64,000 nucleotides of DNA from Acidobacteriota bacterium (GCA_023389035.1 JAEWFC010000004.1:39894-103893); one strand, 5' to 3'. Shown: positions 8,333 through 17,508, numbered from the stretch's first letter. Notes: generated from the letters alone by a model not told the origin. Program-made: numbers and translations.

Positions 8333-8388
8333 ATATCGGGATGCCCACGATCCGTGGTGTGTGGTATCCAAACCTAAACTCTTATTAA
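8333..8388 (+). repeat. 56-bp repeat copy 2 (orphan 3' tail fragment of the small-protein family)
   Basis: See 7663-7718. Upstream of 8321 the frame is closed (TGA), so only the tail survives. Confidence 0.8.
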
Positions 8389-8458
8389 TGCCTACTCGCC
8401 AAAGGATCACAAAGCCTCTTGTGAGGTTGAGCCTTCCGTGAAAAGACGTATCCGCCAA

Positions 8459-9355
8459 ATGAGAAAGATCATGAATTGGAGAGCAAACATGAGCACAACG
8501 CTACTTGTCCTATCGATGCTCCTGACGATTCTCCTGTCGGGTGTCGCCTTCGCACAGCAAAAACCGACGACCGGCTATGCTCCGGTTAATGGACTCAAGA
8601 TGTATTACGAGATCCACGGCAGCGGCGAGCCTGTTGTGATGCTTCACGGCGCGTTCATGGCGATCTCGGGGGACTGGGAAGAATGGGTTAAAGAGCTTGC
8701 GAAAACTCGGAAAGTGATCGCGGTCGATATGCAGGGGCACGGACGAACGGCCGATATCAAGCGCGATATTACATACGAAAACCTTGCGGACGATGTGGCG
8801 GGGCTGCTCGAACATCTGAAGATACCAAAAGCGGACATCGTCGGCTATAGTCTGGGCGCAGGTGCGGCAATAATGACCGCGATCCGCCATCCGAACAAGG
8901 TGCGAAAGGTCGTCAGTATCTCCCACCCGATACGGCGCGACGGCTGGGTCAAGGAAGCGAACGACTTTTGGCCAAACTTCAAGCTGGAAATGATGAAAGG
9001 CACGCCCGCCGAAACCGAGCGAGAGAAGCTAAATCCGGTCCCGAACAGCTTTCCGGCGTTCTTTGATCACATCAAAGCTGCGGCCATGCGACCGTGGGAC
9101 TTCGGCGCTGATGAGTTCAAAGCGAACAAAGCTCCGATCTTCGTCATCCACGGCGATGCGGACGGAGTCCGGTTGGAGCACATTGCCGAGATGTACCGAC
9201 TGAAAGGCGGGGGCAATATTCACGGGGACATGCAGCCACGTCCAAGTTCTAGACTGGCGATCATCCCAGATGCAACCCACGTCACTCTCATAAACAGAAT
9301 GACAACGATAGTTCCGATGATCAACGACTTTCTTAATGCCGTACCGCCGAATTGA
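8459..9355 (+). CDS. Secreted alpha/beta-fold hydrolase
   Basis: Signal-like N-terminus ([24 protein letters not shown]), HG oxyanion motif (VVMLHGAF), nucleophile elbow GYSLG, and late Asp/His (HGDADG, ATHV). Start is uncertain (GTG 8438, ATG 8459 or ATG 8471). Confidence 0.7.
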   Translation: MRKIMNWRANMSTTLLVLSMLLTILLSGVAFAQQKPTTGYAPVNGLKMYYEIHGSGEPVVMLHGAFMAISGDWEEWVKELAKTRKVIAVDMQGHGRTADIKRDITYENLADDVAGLLEHLKIPKADIVGYSLGAGAAIMTAIRHPNKVRKVVSISHPIRRDGWVKEANDFWPNFKLEMMKGTPAETEREKLNPVPNSFPAFFDHIKAAAMRPWDFGADEFKANKAPIFVIHGDADGVRLEHIAEMYRLKGGGNIHGDMQPRPSSRLAIIPDATHVTLINRMTTIVPMINDFLNAVPPN

Positions 9356-9383
9356 TAATGCCCGAAGTCTTGTAGTTACGCAC

Positions 9384-10646
9384 CTAAACACGGCGCATCG
9401 CTTCTACGGGATCGAGGCGCGCGGCTTTTAGAGCTGGGTAGAGACCGGAGACGAGCCCGACCATCAACGATGCTCCGAAACCGGCGGCGATCGCCCAAAA
9501 TGGTACGGCCGCCGGGAAGCTAACGATCTGACGAACGGCGAACGCGAGGAGAAGGCCGACGGCGATCCCGATCAGCCCGCCAAGGCCCGTCAGCGTGACC
9601 GCTTCGAGCAGGAACTGCTGAAGAATAGTCTTGCGAGTCGCTCCGACGGCTCGTTTTATTCCGATCTCAACGCTTCGCTCCCTAACCGCCACAAGCATTA
9701 CGTTCATTACGCCGACGCCACCGACGAATAGGCTTGCCAACGCGATCGGCACGACGATAACGCCGAGGCCGCTGATGATATCGTTGACCAGGTCAAACAC
9801 CTGCTCAGCGCGATTCACGCCGAAGTTGTTCGGCTCGGTAGCCGGCACACCTCTGCGTGTCCTCAGTAGATATGTTACGTCGTCTGTCACCTCATCAACA
9901 CTGCCTGGAGGTGCCCGCACTATTATCACGGTCGCTGTGATCTCAGGATAAAGTTTGTCGGCCGTTTCGAACGGGATGTAAACGGTCCTTTCATCCAGTT
10001 CGTCGCTGCCGATCACTCCCTGCGATGACCCTTGTCCGAGCACGCCGATAACGCGAAACAGCTTTCCGTCGATCTTGATGTCCTCGCCGATCGGATCAAG
10101 CTCTTCGAAAACCTGCCTAGCGATCCCGAAACCGATGACTGCGACCGGAGCCCTTGAGCGGCGCTCCTGCTCGGTAAAAAACCGGCCATCCGCGAGTGTC
10201 ACATTCACCACACGCGGGAAGTTGTCCCATACCCCGAGGATAAGGGGATTGATCGCCTCTCTCGAACGCGCTGTCAGCTTTGGAAGGTCGGCGGACGGGC
10301 CGTAACTGCCTCGGATCTTCTGGGGTGAGACCTCAAGCGGCGAACTTAGCTCGGAAACCGCTATAGCGTCTTCGAACGTCAGGTCTTTCCGCTGACGCTC
10401 CTCAGCCGTTAGTTGCTGAAGCGACGGACCGATCCGCGGTTCCTTCGTAAAATAGATCGTGTTCGGGGCGCTTTTTTCCGATACCTCCTGCACACGCTGC
10501 GACAGGCCGGTCAGCACAGCACCGACAAGAGCAACAACGGCCGTTCCGATGATGACGCCGGTTAGCGTCAATCCGGCGCGGAGCTTATTGGCGCGTATCG
10601 AACCCGCTACCGCCTGCCAATTATCCTTAGCTCTCTGAAAGTTCAC
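9384..10646 (-). CDS. ABC transporter permease, MacB-like periplasmic core plus FtsX domain
   Basis: 420 aa with an N-terminal TM, a large periplasmic domain and a C-terminal FtsX-type 3-TM bundle (GVMNVMLVAVRERSVEIGIKRAVGA). Confidence 0.8.
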   Translation of the reverse strand: MNFQRAKDNWQAVAGSIRANKLRAGLTLTGVIIGTAVVALVGAVLTGLSQRVQEVSEKSAPNTIYFTKEPRIGPSLQQLTAEERQRKDLTFEDAIAVSELSSPLEVSPQKIRGSYGPSADLPKLTARSREAINPLILGVWDNFPRVVNVTLADGRFFTEQERRSRAPVAVIGFGIARQVFEELDPIGEDIKIDGKLFRVIGVLGQGSSQGVIGSDELDERTVYIPFETADKLYPEITATVIIVRAPPGSVDEVTDDVTYLLRTRRGVPATEPNNFGVNRAEQVFDLVNDIISGLGVIVVPIALASLFVGGVGVMNVMLVAVRERSVEIGIKRAVGATRKTILQQFLLEAVTLTGLGGLIGIAVGLLLAFAVRQIVSFPAAVPFWAIAAGFGASLMVGLVSGLYPALKAARLDPVEAMRRV

Positions 10647-10656
10647 TTTTATCGAC

Positions 10657-11925
10657 CTACTCCGTCCTCAACGCCTCGATCGGATCCAGACGTGCCGCCT
10701 GCCTCGCGGGTACGACACCGAAAAACATACCGACCGCACAGGAAACGCCCATAGCGGCTAGGACCGCCCAGACTGGCAGCGATAGCGGAAGGTTGGTTGC
10801 CCATGCGAGAAGCCATATTAGTGCCCCGCCGGCAGCCGATCCAAAGATCCCGCCGATCAACGTCAGAGTGATCGACTCGATCAGGAACTGGGTGAGAATG
10901 TCGCTCCGCCGCGCTCCTACAGCCATACGAATGCCGATCTCACGCGTCCTTTCCGTGACCGACGACAGCATCATGTTCATCACCACAATTCCACCGACGA
11001 AAAGCGCTATCGCTGTTAGCGGATAAACTATCGCCCCGACTATGCCGGTTAACGATGCCGAAAAAGCCTGAACGCTCCTGGCCGTAACGAAGCTGAAATT
11101 ATCCTCTTGGTCGGTGCCTACGAGTTTCCGTTTTATGCGTATCGCTACGCGAACGCGCTCTTCGACATCGTCAAGCGTCAGGCCCGAACCGTCCCTCGCT
11201 TTCGCGAGTATGGCAAGCGAACGAGACCTTCCGCCGAACACGCGTGTGAATGTCCCGAGCGGTACCTGGATAAAACCGTCCTGAGACGCTCCGAACGTCG
11301 AACCGCGCGGTTCCGCGACACCGACAACTTGATACGGCACCTGGCCCAGCCTGATCTCCTGGCCGATCGCCCCCGAATTCGGGAAAAGCTCATCCACTAT
11401 GTCCTGACCGATCACGCAGACATTGCGGCGGAACCTGTCGTCAGTCTCCGTCAGGTCGCGGCCGTATGCAACCGAAATGTTTGAGAGGTTGGTAATGTTG
11501 GGAGTGACGCCTTGGATCGATACACCGACGAGGGTTTTGGAAAGACGGCGCGCGGGTAGAACCGCATCGCCCTGGGCCCCGAATTCGATCTCGCCACCCA
11601 GCTGCTCCTCGAGATATTCGAGGTCTTCGACATAGATATCGGGTCGTTTGGCGGTCGCCTCGACAAACGCCTGGCCATCTCCGCCGAAATCCTGGAACGC
11701 CGCTTTTTCGATCCGCAGCACATCCGGAGCGAAACCGGCCGTCGACTGCACGACGAAAGCCTGAGCTCCCTGCAGCAAAGCGGCAACGATGACCACGACC
11801 GCGACTCCTACGACAACTCCTACTACCGTCAGTACCGAACGCGTCGGACTGGCCCGGATCGAGTCCCAAGCAAGGGTTATTAGTTCCCTGAGCAGAGTGA
11901 CTCGTGCTGTCGTTGAATGATTCAC
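10657..11925 (-). CDS. ABC transporter permease, MacB-like periplasmic core plus FtsX domain
   Basis: 422-aa paralogue of the downstream gene (VVMNMMLSSVTERTREIGIRMAVGARRSDI). Confidence 0.8.
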   Translation of the reverse strand: MNHSTTARVTLLRELITLAWDSIRASPTRSVLTVVGVVVGVAVVVIVAALLQGAQAFVVQSTAGFAPDVLRIEKAAFQDFGGDGQAFVEATAKRPDIYVEDLEYLEEQLGGEIEFGAQGDAVLPARRLSKTLVGVSIQGVTPNITNLSNISVAYGRDLTETDDRFRRNVCVIGQDIVDELFPNSGAIGQEIRLGQVPYQVVGVAEPRGSTFGASQDGFIQVPLGTFTRVFGGRSRSLAILAKARDGSGLTLDDVEERVRVAIRIKRKLVGTDQEDNFSFVTARSVQAFSASLTGIVGAIVYPLTAIALFVGGIVVMNMMLSSVTERTREIGIRMAVGARRSDILTQFLIESITLTLIGGIFGSAAGGALIWLLAWATNLPLSLPVWAVLAAMGVSCAVGMFFGVVPARQAARLDPIEALRTE

Positions 11926-12084
11926 GCTTTATCCCACCTTGTATTGCCAGTCCTCGTAATATTGTAAGTCATTGGCCGGCAGAGTGTTGGTTTGATGCGA
12001 CAATTATGGAAACTTAGGAGTGTGGATCCCGACGAACGGCGGTATCATCGGAAAGAGGATCACCGATGATAACCGGATTCATAC

Positions 12085-12113
12085 TTGCACGAAGCAAGTG
12101 AGATGGATATAAT
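12085..12113 (+). promoter_or_regulatory. Sigma-70-like promoter giving a leaderless mRNA for 12122
   Basis: TTGCAC (12085-12090), a 17-nt spacer, then TATAAT (12108-12113). ATG 12122 lies 8 nt after the -10 box. Confidence 0.5.
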
Positions 12114-12121
12114 CGCGTGCT

Positions 12122-12622
12122 ATGAAACAGGCAAGAGCAACTATATGTCTTTGGTACGATGGCGACGCTGAAGACGCGGCGAAATTTTATGCTAAGACGT
12201 TTCGGGATTCATCGGTTGATGCGGTGCACAAGGCTCCGGCGGATTATCCTTCGGGGAAACAAGGCGATGTGATCACAGTCGATTTCACAGTAATGGGAAT
12301 TCCATGCCTGGGTCTGAATGGCGGGCCTGAGTTTAAGCATAGCGAGGCGTTTTCGTTCGTGATTGCGACCAAGGATCAGGAGGAGACCGACCGTTATTGG
12401 AATGCTATCGTCGGAAACGGCGGCGAGGAAAGCATGTGCGGCTGGTGCAAGGATAAATGGGGCGTTTCATGGCAGATAACGCCGATCGCACTTACCGAAG
12501 GCTATACCGATCCCGACCCTGAGGTCGCCAAACGGGTATTTGAAGCAATGATGCCGATGAAAAAGATCGACGTCGCCGCGATCGAGGCGGCCCGCCGCGG
12601 TCAAGCGAAGGAGATCGAATGA
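12122..12622 (+). CDS. VOC/glyoxalase-superfamily protein (PhnB / 3-demethylubiquinone-9 3-methyltransferase-like domain)
   Basis: ICLWYDGDAEDAAKFYAKTF ... CGWCKDKWGVSWQITP blocks typical of that family. Confidence 0.7.
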   Translation: MKQARATICLWYDGDAEDAAKFYAKTFRDSSVDAVHKAPADYPSGKQGDVITVDFTVMGIPCLGLNGGPEFKHSEAFSFVIATKDQEETDRYWNAIVGNGGEESMCGWCKDKWGVSWQITPIALTEGYTDPDPEVAKRVFEAMMPMKKIDVAAIEAARRGQAKEIE

Positions 12623-12960
12623 CTCAAGCGACAAATGAACAGTGGGACGCCGGGGCTGCCGTAAGTGCGGCAGACCTTATCGAGCTGCAGCCCGGAGGTG
12701 TCGTCAGCCGGACTATCGTAAAGAAAAAGACCGGCACCGTGACCGTTTTTGCGTTTGACGCGGACGAGGGCCTGAGCGAACATACGACGCCGTTTGATGC
12801 CCTGCTGATGAGCCTCGAAGGCGAGGCGAACATCACTATTTCGGGGACGGCACACGCGGTCAAAACCGGCGAGATCATTAAACTTCCAGCCGGTGAGCCC
12901 CATGCTGTCAAAGCGACAACTCCTTTCAAAATGCTCCTGATCATGATCCGTGAAGGCTAG
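12619..12960 (+). CDS. Cupin domain protein
   Basis: 113 aa; ATGA overlap with the upstream gene. The GTVTVFAFDADEGLSEHTTPFDALLMSLEGEANITISG ... AGEPHAVKA pattern is a cupin barrel. Confidence 0.65.
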   Translation: MTQATNEQWDAGAAVSAADLIELQPGGVVSRTIVKKKTGTVTVFAFDADEGLSEHTTPFDALLMSLEGEANITISGTAHAVKTGEIIKLPAGEPHAVKATTPFKMLLIMIREG

Positions 12961-13007
12961 GCCGCCCCGGTTATCTAACTGTCGAATGTCTCTACCCGAT
13001 CAAGACC

Positions 13008-13196
13008 TAAACTACTGAACTTCAGAGTTAAAATACTGATTTTAGGACTTAAACTATTTAATTTAAGAGCTAAACTGCTGAATTTAAGAGTTAAAATGCT
13101 CAACTTAAGACTTGAAATACTAAATTTAAGACTTAAATTACTGAACTTAAGGCTTAAATTACTTAATTCAGGGCCTAAGTTGAATAGCTTTGGAGC
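13008..13196. repeat. Tandem array of about nine 21-bp AT-rich units (consensus roughly TAAAnTACTGAAnTTAAGAGT)
   Basis: Units start at 13008, 13029, 13050, 13071, 13092, 13113, 13134, 13155 and 13176 (the last is degenerate). The array is much more AT-rich than its flanks and lies between the cupin gene and the DUF4256 gene. Confidence 0.9.
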
Positions 13197-13263
13197 TTTT
13201 TCAGCTAATTTTTCTCGCTTCATATGATCCTCGGGACGAGCATCCCGACGACCGACTTGTGAT

Positions 13264-13833
13264 ATGACAAAGGCACAAAAGACGACGGCTAAGTTATCGC
13301 CGGCAGATCGCGATGAGCTGGTTGAGACGCTGCGGACGCGTTTCGAAGAGAACATGGCCCGCCATAAAGGCATTAAGTGGGCCGACGTCGAAAAACGTAT
13401 TGATGACGCGAAGCTGCAGGCTCTAGCCGCAATGGAAGGCACCGGCGGCGAGCCTGACGTTGTAGGTCGTGATAAGAAGACGGGCGAGGTCATCTTTTTC
13501 GATTGTTCGGCGGAAAGCCCAAAAGGCCGGCGAAGCGTCTGTTATGACCCTGAAGCTTTAGAATCCCGGAAAGAACATAAGCCGAAACACAGTGCACTTG
13601 GCATGGCGAGGGATATGGGGGTTGAGATCCTGACCGAAGATCAATACCGCGACCTGCAGAAACTAGGTGAATTTGACCTGAAGACCTCAAGCTGGATCGC
13701 GACCCCTGACGATATTCGGAAACTTGGCGGCGCTCTGTTCTGCGATCGCCGCTACGACACGATCTTCACCTACCACAACGGTGCTGAGTCCTATTACGGA
13801 GCACGCGGATTCCGCGGTTCGCTCAGCGTTTAG
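13264..13833 (+). CDS. DUF4256 domain protein
   Basis: MEGTGGEPDVVGRDKKTGEVIFFDCSAESPKGRRSVCYD ... GGALFCDRRYDTIFTYHNGAESYY matches my recollection of DUF4256. Confidence 0.7.
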   Translation: MTKAQKTTAKLSPADRDELVETLRTRFEENMARHKGIKWADVEKRIDDAKLQALAAMEGTGGEPDVVGRDKKTGEVIFFDCSAESPKGRRSVCYDPEALESRKEHKPKHSALGMARDMGVEILTEDQYRDLQKLGEFDLKTSSWIATPDDIRKLGGALFCDRRYDTIFTYHNGAESYYGARGFRGSLSV

Positions 13834-13932
13834 CAAGCCATCGGCTTTTACCGTGCAACTCTAGCCCCGAAGCTATATACTAATATTGTTGAACGGCGTT
13901 TAAGCCGATCGATGAGTTAATAGGCCCCCGCG

Positions 13933-14427
13933 ATGAAGAAGCTGATCCTGGCAATTTTTGCAGTGATGTGTATGCAGTTGGCATTCGTGTATTTCACTGC
14001 CCTACAGTCACATATGGATCTTGCCGTCGCAACTCCGCCTGTTATTCCTTCGCCGCCAATCCGCCCTGCTGCGGTTAATAACAATGTTGCGACCCCGATC
14101 GAGCCGGAAATTGCAGAACAGGCTGCACCGAGCGCTGTTCGAAGTTCTACACGTCGCACCAAGTTAGACGAAAGCTCCGAATCGAAGACCGCTACGCCTG
14201 TTCACGAGCGCCGCGTTCACGTGAAGTTGCGACATACCGATCCGAGGCCTGCCAGGCAGGACGATTTTCAGAGTGTCGTTATCAGCTATAAAGGCGAGGC
14301 TGGCCGAACGAATTGCGATCCCGAGGTTATTGAGAAGCCAAAGAAACGTTCATACCTTGCAAAGGCGTCGCCGGTAGTTAAGGCTCCGTGGAGATTCCTC
14401 AAAGCGGTCGGTTCGAAATTAAATTAA
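13933..14427 (+). CDS. Hypothetical membrane-anchored protein, Pro/Ala-rich
   Basis: 164-aa ORF with N-terminal TM MKKLILAIFAVMCMQLAFVYF. Low-complexity sequence and no domain. Confidence 0.4.
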   Translation: MKKLILAIFAVMCMQLAFVYFTALQSHMDLAVATPPVIPSPPIRPAAVNNNVATPIEPEIAEQAAPSAVRSSTRRTKLDESSESKTATPVHERRVHVKLRHTDPRPARQDDFQSVVISYKGEAGRTNCDPEVIEKPKKRSYLAKASPVVKAPWRFLKAVGSKLN

Positions 14428-14444
14428 TTCGGGCGTGATCATGG

Positions 14445-15419
14445 TTATGCCGCGGCGGAAAGGTTTGCGGCCTTGAACCATTCGACAAATTTGGGAATTC
14501 CCTCTTCTATCTTTGTCTTTGGCGAATAGCCTAGCAGTTCCTTTGCTTTTGAAATGTCTGCAAACGTTATCGGCACATCGCCCGGCTGCAGCGGCTGATG
14601 ATCGATCACGGCCTTGATCCCCAAATTTTCTTCCAGCAACTCGATAAGACTTTTTAGTTCAGTGGTCTCCGATTCGCCGAGGTTGAATACCTCGTGGATC
14701 GAGCCGTCGTACGCAATTGCCGACCTCACCCCCTGAATGATGTCGTCGACATAGGTGTAGTCGCGTCGCGTCGTGCCGTCGCCAAACATCTGTATGGACT
14801 TGCCTGCGGATATCAGCTTGCTGAATTTGTGGATCGCGAGGTCCGGCCTCTGTCTCGCTCCATAGACCGTAAAGAATCTGAGGCACACTGTCCGGATGCC
14901 GTAGAGGTGTGAGTATGTGTGGCAGATAAGCTCGCCGGCCGCCTTGGTTGCTGCGTAAGGCGAGATGGGATTAAAGATAGGATCCGTTTCGGAGAACGGA
15001 ACCTTTGCGTTCACCCCGTAGACCGAGCTCGAAGATCCGAAGACGAACTGGCCGATCCCAAACTCGCGTGCGAGCTCTAGCAGATTAACGGTCCCGTTGA
15101 TGTTTGTCTCGGTGTAAAGCTGCGGCTGAGATAGCGAAGGCCGTACGCCCGCTCTCGCTGCCAGATGAACGACGGTGTCAAAGCCTCCGTTCTCAAACAC
15201 ACGACGCATTGCGGCGGCATCGCGAATGTCTGCCTCAATGAATGCAGCCTTATCATCGCCCGTGATCGCCGCAAGATTTGCACGCTTTACGTCCGGAGAA
15301 TAAAAGTCATTCAGGTCATCAACGACCGTTACCTGCCAGCCGCCCTCATCGAGCAAACGCCCAACCAAATGCGAACCAATAAAACCGGCACCACCGGTTA
15401 TGAGTATGTTTTTATTCAC
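14445..15419 (-). CDS. NAD-dependent epimerase/dehydratase (UDP-sugar 4-epimerase class, UDP-glucuronate 4-epimerase-like)
   Basis: GGAGFIGSH Rossmann motif and catalytic YxxxK (YAATKAAGE); 324 aa. Confidence 0.8.
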   Translation of the reverse strand: MNKNILITGGAGFIGSHLVGRLLDEGGWQVTVVDDLNDFYSPDVKRANLAAITGDDKAAFIEADIRDAAAMRRVFENGGFDTVVHLAARAGVRPSLSQPQLYTETNINGTVNLLELAREFGIGQFVFGSSSSVYGVNAKVPFSETDPIFNPISPYAATKAAGELICHTYSHLYGIRTVCLRFFTVYGARQRPDLAIHKFSKLISAGKSIQMFGDGTTRRDYTYVDDIIQGVRSAIAYDGSIHEVFNLGESETTELKSLIELLEENLGIKAVIDHQPLQPGDVPITFADISKAKELLGYSPKTKIEEGIPKFVEWFKAANLSAAA

Positions 15420-15524
15420 TTTAGTACGTTTATAACGGCCTGGATCGAACAGCAGGGGTCAACTCAAGGAAAAATAACATAAAGCGGTTCAGAGGGTAAA
15501 ACTCGGAGGGCACGATTCTCGCGT

Positions 15525-16385
15525 CTAGTTTCGAAAACGCTTTTGCTGGTAGTACTTGTGTATCAGCTCTTCAAGAAAGCCTTCGTATGTGAAGGTCTCC
15601 CTATCGTACGAGGGCTTTATGCGGTGCATTATCGGAACCGCGATGCGCCAGGCCATCCATTCGCGCTGGCGATCGCTCAGTTCCCACCTTCGCCGGAGCA
15701 GGCTTTCGACAACCTCTATTTCAGAATCCGAAAGCTGCGAAAGGTCGCCATCAAATTCCGTCTGTTTCTGCACGCGGCGCAACGCTGAATCAGCAACCGG
15801 ATTCGCGAATGTCTCGGCAAAGGTCGGCGCCTCGTCGGTTCGCTCGCGGATCACTACGGTTCCGGCAAACAGGTCACCGACACGCTGGTCTCGGCTGTTG
15901 AGAAAAATACTGATCAGGCCGATGGAGTATATCGGGAACACAAAACCCGGGATCGCGTCGAAGATCCGCAAAAGATTGCGTGCGATCGCTTCCCAAAGCG
16001 TGATCGGCCGCCCGTCCTCACGTATCACGCGCAGCTTCATCAGCCGCTTGCCCGGCGTTTGTCCGCTCCAGAGCCACTCAAAGATCGCAAAGTACCCGGC
16101 AAATGCAAGAAAGACGACCACGATCATGACGGCGATCGTTAAATTCGACGCACCGTCAAGCATTCCTTCGCCCGCCGCGTCAGGATCGGTCAGGCTGACA
16201 TTCGATACCAGGGCAAAGATTATAACTATCGCGATGATAGCGGAATACTGTATCGCGTGGTCGATCGCAACGGCGAGAAACCTATTGCCGATCGACGCTA
16301 ACGAAAAGGCCAACGGAACGCGTTCCGGCGTTTCGATAATTAGCGTCTCTTCCGTTTCGATCAAGCCGGCTGCCATCGCTGGCAA
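15525..16385 (-). CDS. RDD family membrane protein
   Basis: NRFLAVAIDHAIQY ... GQTPGKRLMKLRVI ... RDQRVGDLFAGTVV is the RDD-domain pattern, followed by a soluble C-terminal extension. Confidence 0.65.
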   Translation of the reverse strand: MPAMAAGLIETEETLIIETPERVPLAFSLASIGNRFLAVAIDHAIQYSAIIAIVIIFALVSNVSLTDPDAAGEGMLDGASNLTIAVMIVVVFLAFAGYFAIFEWLWSGQTPGKRLMKLRVIREDGRPITLWEAIARNLLRIFDAIPGFVFPIYSIGLISIFLNSRDQRVGDLFAGTVVIRERTDEAPTFAETFANPVADSALRRVQKQTEFDGDLSQLSDSEIEVVESLLRRRWELSDRQREWMAWRIAVPIMHRIKPSYDRETFTYEGFLEELIHKYYQQKRFRN

Positions 16386-16430
16386 CTATTATTCAGTCAT
16401 CGATGCCGCTTTGCAAAACCCGTTTTTGCC

Positions 16431-16460
16431 TTGTCATTTAGAATTGCGGCGACCTATACT
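16431..16460 (+). promoter_or_regulatory. Sigma-70-like promoter of ribH-nusB
   Basis: TTGTCA (16431-16436), an 18-nt spacer, then TATACT (16455-16460). GAGG RBS about 9 nt before GTG 16499. Confidence 0.4.
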
Positions 16461-16498
16461 CTAGGTTACGGCGACATTGCCGAGCGAGGTCTAAACAA

Positions 16499-17017
16499 GT
16501 GCAGCCAAAAACAAATCGTGGTCGACTCAATGCTGAAGGCAGGCGTTTTGCTATCGTCGTCAGCCGGTGGAACGATTTCCTCACATCAAAGCTGACCGAT
16601 GGAGCTCTCGACGCACTTGAGAGTCACGGCTGTGCCGAGGCAGATGTTGAAATATATAAGGTGCCGGGTGCATTTGAACTTCCGTTAACCTCGCAAAAGG
16701 TCGCAGAAAGCGGCAGCTTTGACGCTGTGATCGCCCTTGGCGTAGTCATCCGCGGCGAGACACCGCATTTTGATTTCGTTGCCGGAGAGGCTGCCGGCGG
16801 GATCACGTCCGTCGGACTAAAAACAGGCGTTCCGGTTATGTTTGGCGTAGTCACGGCTGACACACTTGAGCAAGCGATCAACCGTTGCGGCGTCAAGGGC
16901 GGAAACAAAGGTTACGAAGCGGCTGTTTCGGCGATCGAGGTCGTCGACCTGCACGCTCAGATCGGATCGGACTCGCGTGCAAATGTAAAAGAGAAAGCAG
17001 TTCCTCATGTCGTTTGA
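16499..17017 (+). CDS. ribH: 6,7-dimethyl-8-ribityllumazine synthase
   Basis: FAIVVSRWNDFLTSKL ... VPGAFELP ... AVIALGVVIRGETPHFDFV ... KGYEAA are hallmark RibH blocks. Confidence 0.9.
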   Translation: MQPKTNRGRLNAEGRRFAIVVSRWNDFLTSKLTDGALDALESHGCAEADVEIYKVPGAFELPLTSQKVAESGSFDAVIALGVVIRGETPHFDFVAGEAAGGITSVGLKTGVPVMFGVVTADTLEQAINRCGVKGGNKGYEAAVSAIEVVDLHAQIGSDSRANVKEKAVPHVV

Positions 17018-17507
17018 AAAAGAAAAGGGTTCCGGCACTCGGCGAAAAGCGCGTGAAAGCGCCCTTCAGATGCTCTTCGCAGCCGATGTTGCGAAAACCG
17101 ACGCTCCACGCCTTTCTGACGAATACTGGGCACAGCTCGGCGACGAGTCTTTCGACGATAATACCCGCAATTTCGCGAACGAGCTCGTGAGCGGAACTCT
17201 CGAAAATCTGAACACGATTGATGATCGGATACGCACTCGCGCCGAGCATTGGCGGATCGAGCGAATGGCCCTTGTCGATCGAAACGTCCTCCGTTTAGCA
17301 GTATTCGAGTTTCTGTTCAAAGACACGCCTAGGACCGTTGTGATCAATGAAGGCCTCGAGATCGCCCGGCGCTTCTCTTCATACGAGGCAACCCAGTTCA
17401 TTAATGGAATACTCGACAGCATCAAGCTCGATCTTGAAGCTGAAGAAGGCAAAACTACTCCTCCGCAGCCCGGTGAACCCGAAAAGTCACAGGCGTCATC
17501 TAACTAA
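17007..17507 (+). CDS. nusB: Transcription antitermination factor NusB
   Basis: RKARESALQMLF ... RMALVDRNVLRLAVFE ... VVINEGLEIARRF; conserved ribH-nusB synteny. Confidence 0.85.
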   Translation: MSFEKEKGSGTRRKARESALQMLFAADVAKTDAPRLSDEYWAQLGDESFDDNTRNFANELVSGTLENLNTIDDRIRTRAEHWRIERMALVDRNVLRLAVFEFLFKDTPRTVVINEGLEIARRFSSYEATQFINGILDSIKLDLEAEEGKTTPPQPGEPEKSQASSN

Positions 17508-17508
17508 G

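Noticed and set aside
13008-13196. Possible CRISPR array
   Set aside because: The units are contiguous 21-mers with no unique spacers, there are no cas genes, and the units are too short and AT-rich for CRISPR repeats.
12975-13493. 172-aa minus-strand ORF spanning the 21-bp repeat and the start of the DUF4256 gene
   Set aside because: Its upstream half is antisense to a well-supported gene. Only the shorter version from ATG 13223 is kept as an alternative hypothesis in the findings.
15556-16464. 302-aa plus-strand ORF
   Set aside because: It is antisense to the RDD-family gene. The sequence is Ser/Arg-rich with no motifs or RBS.
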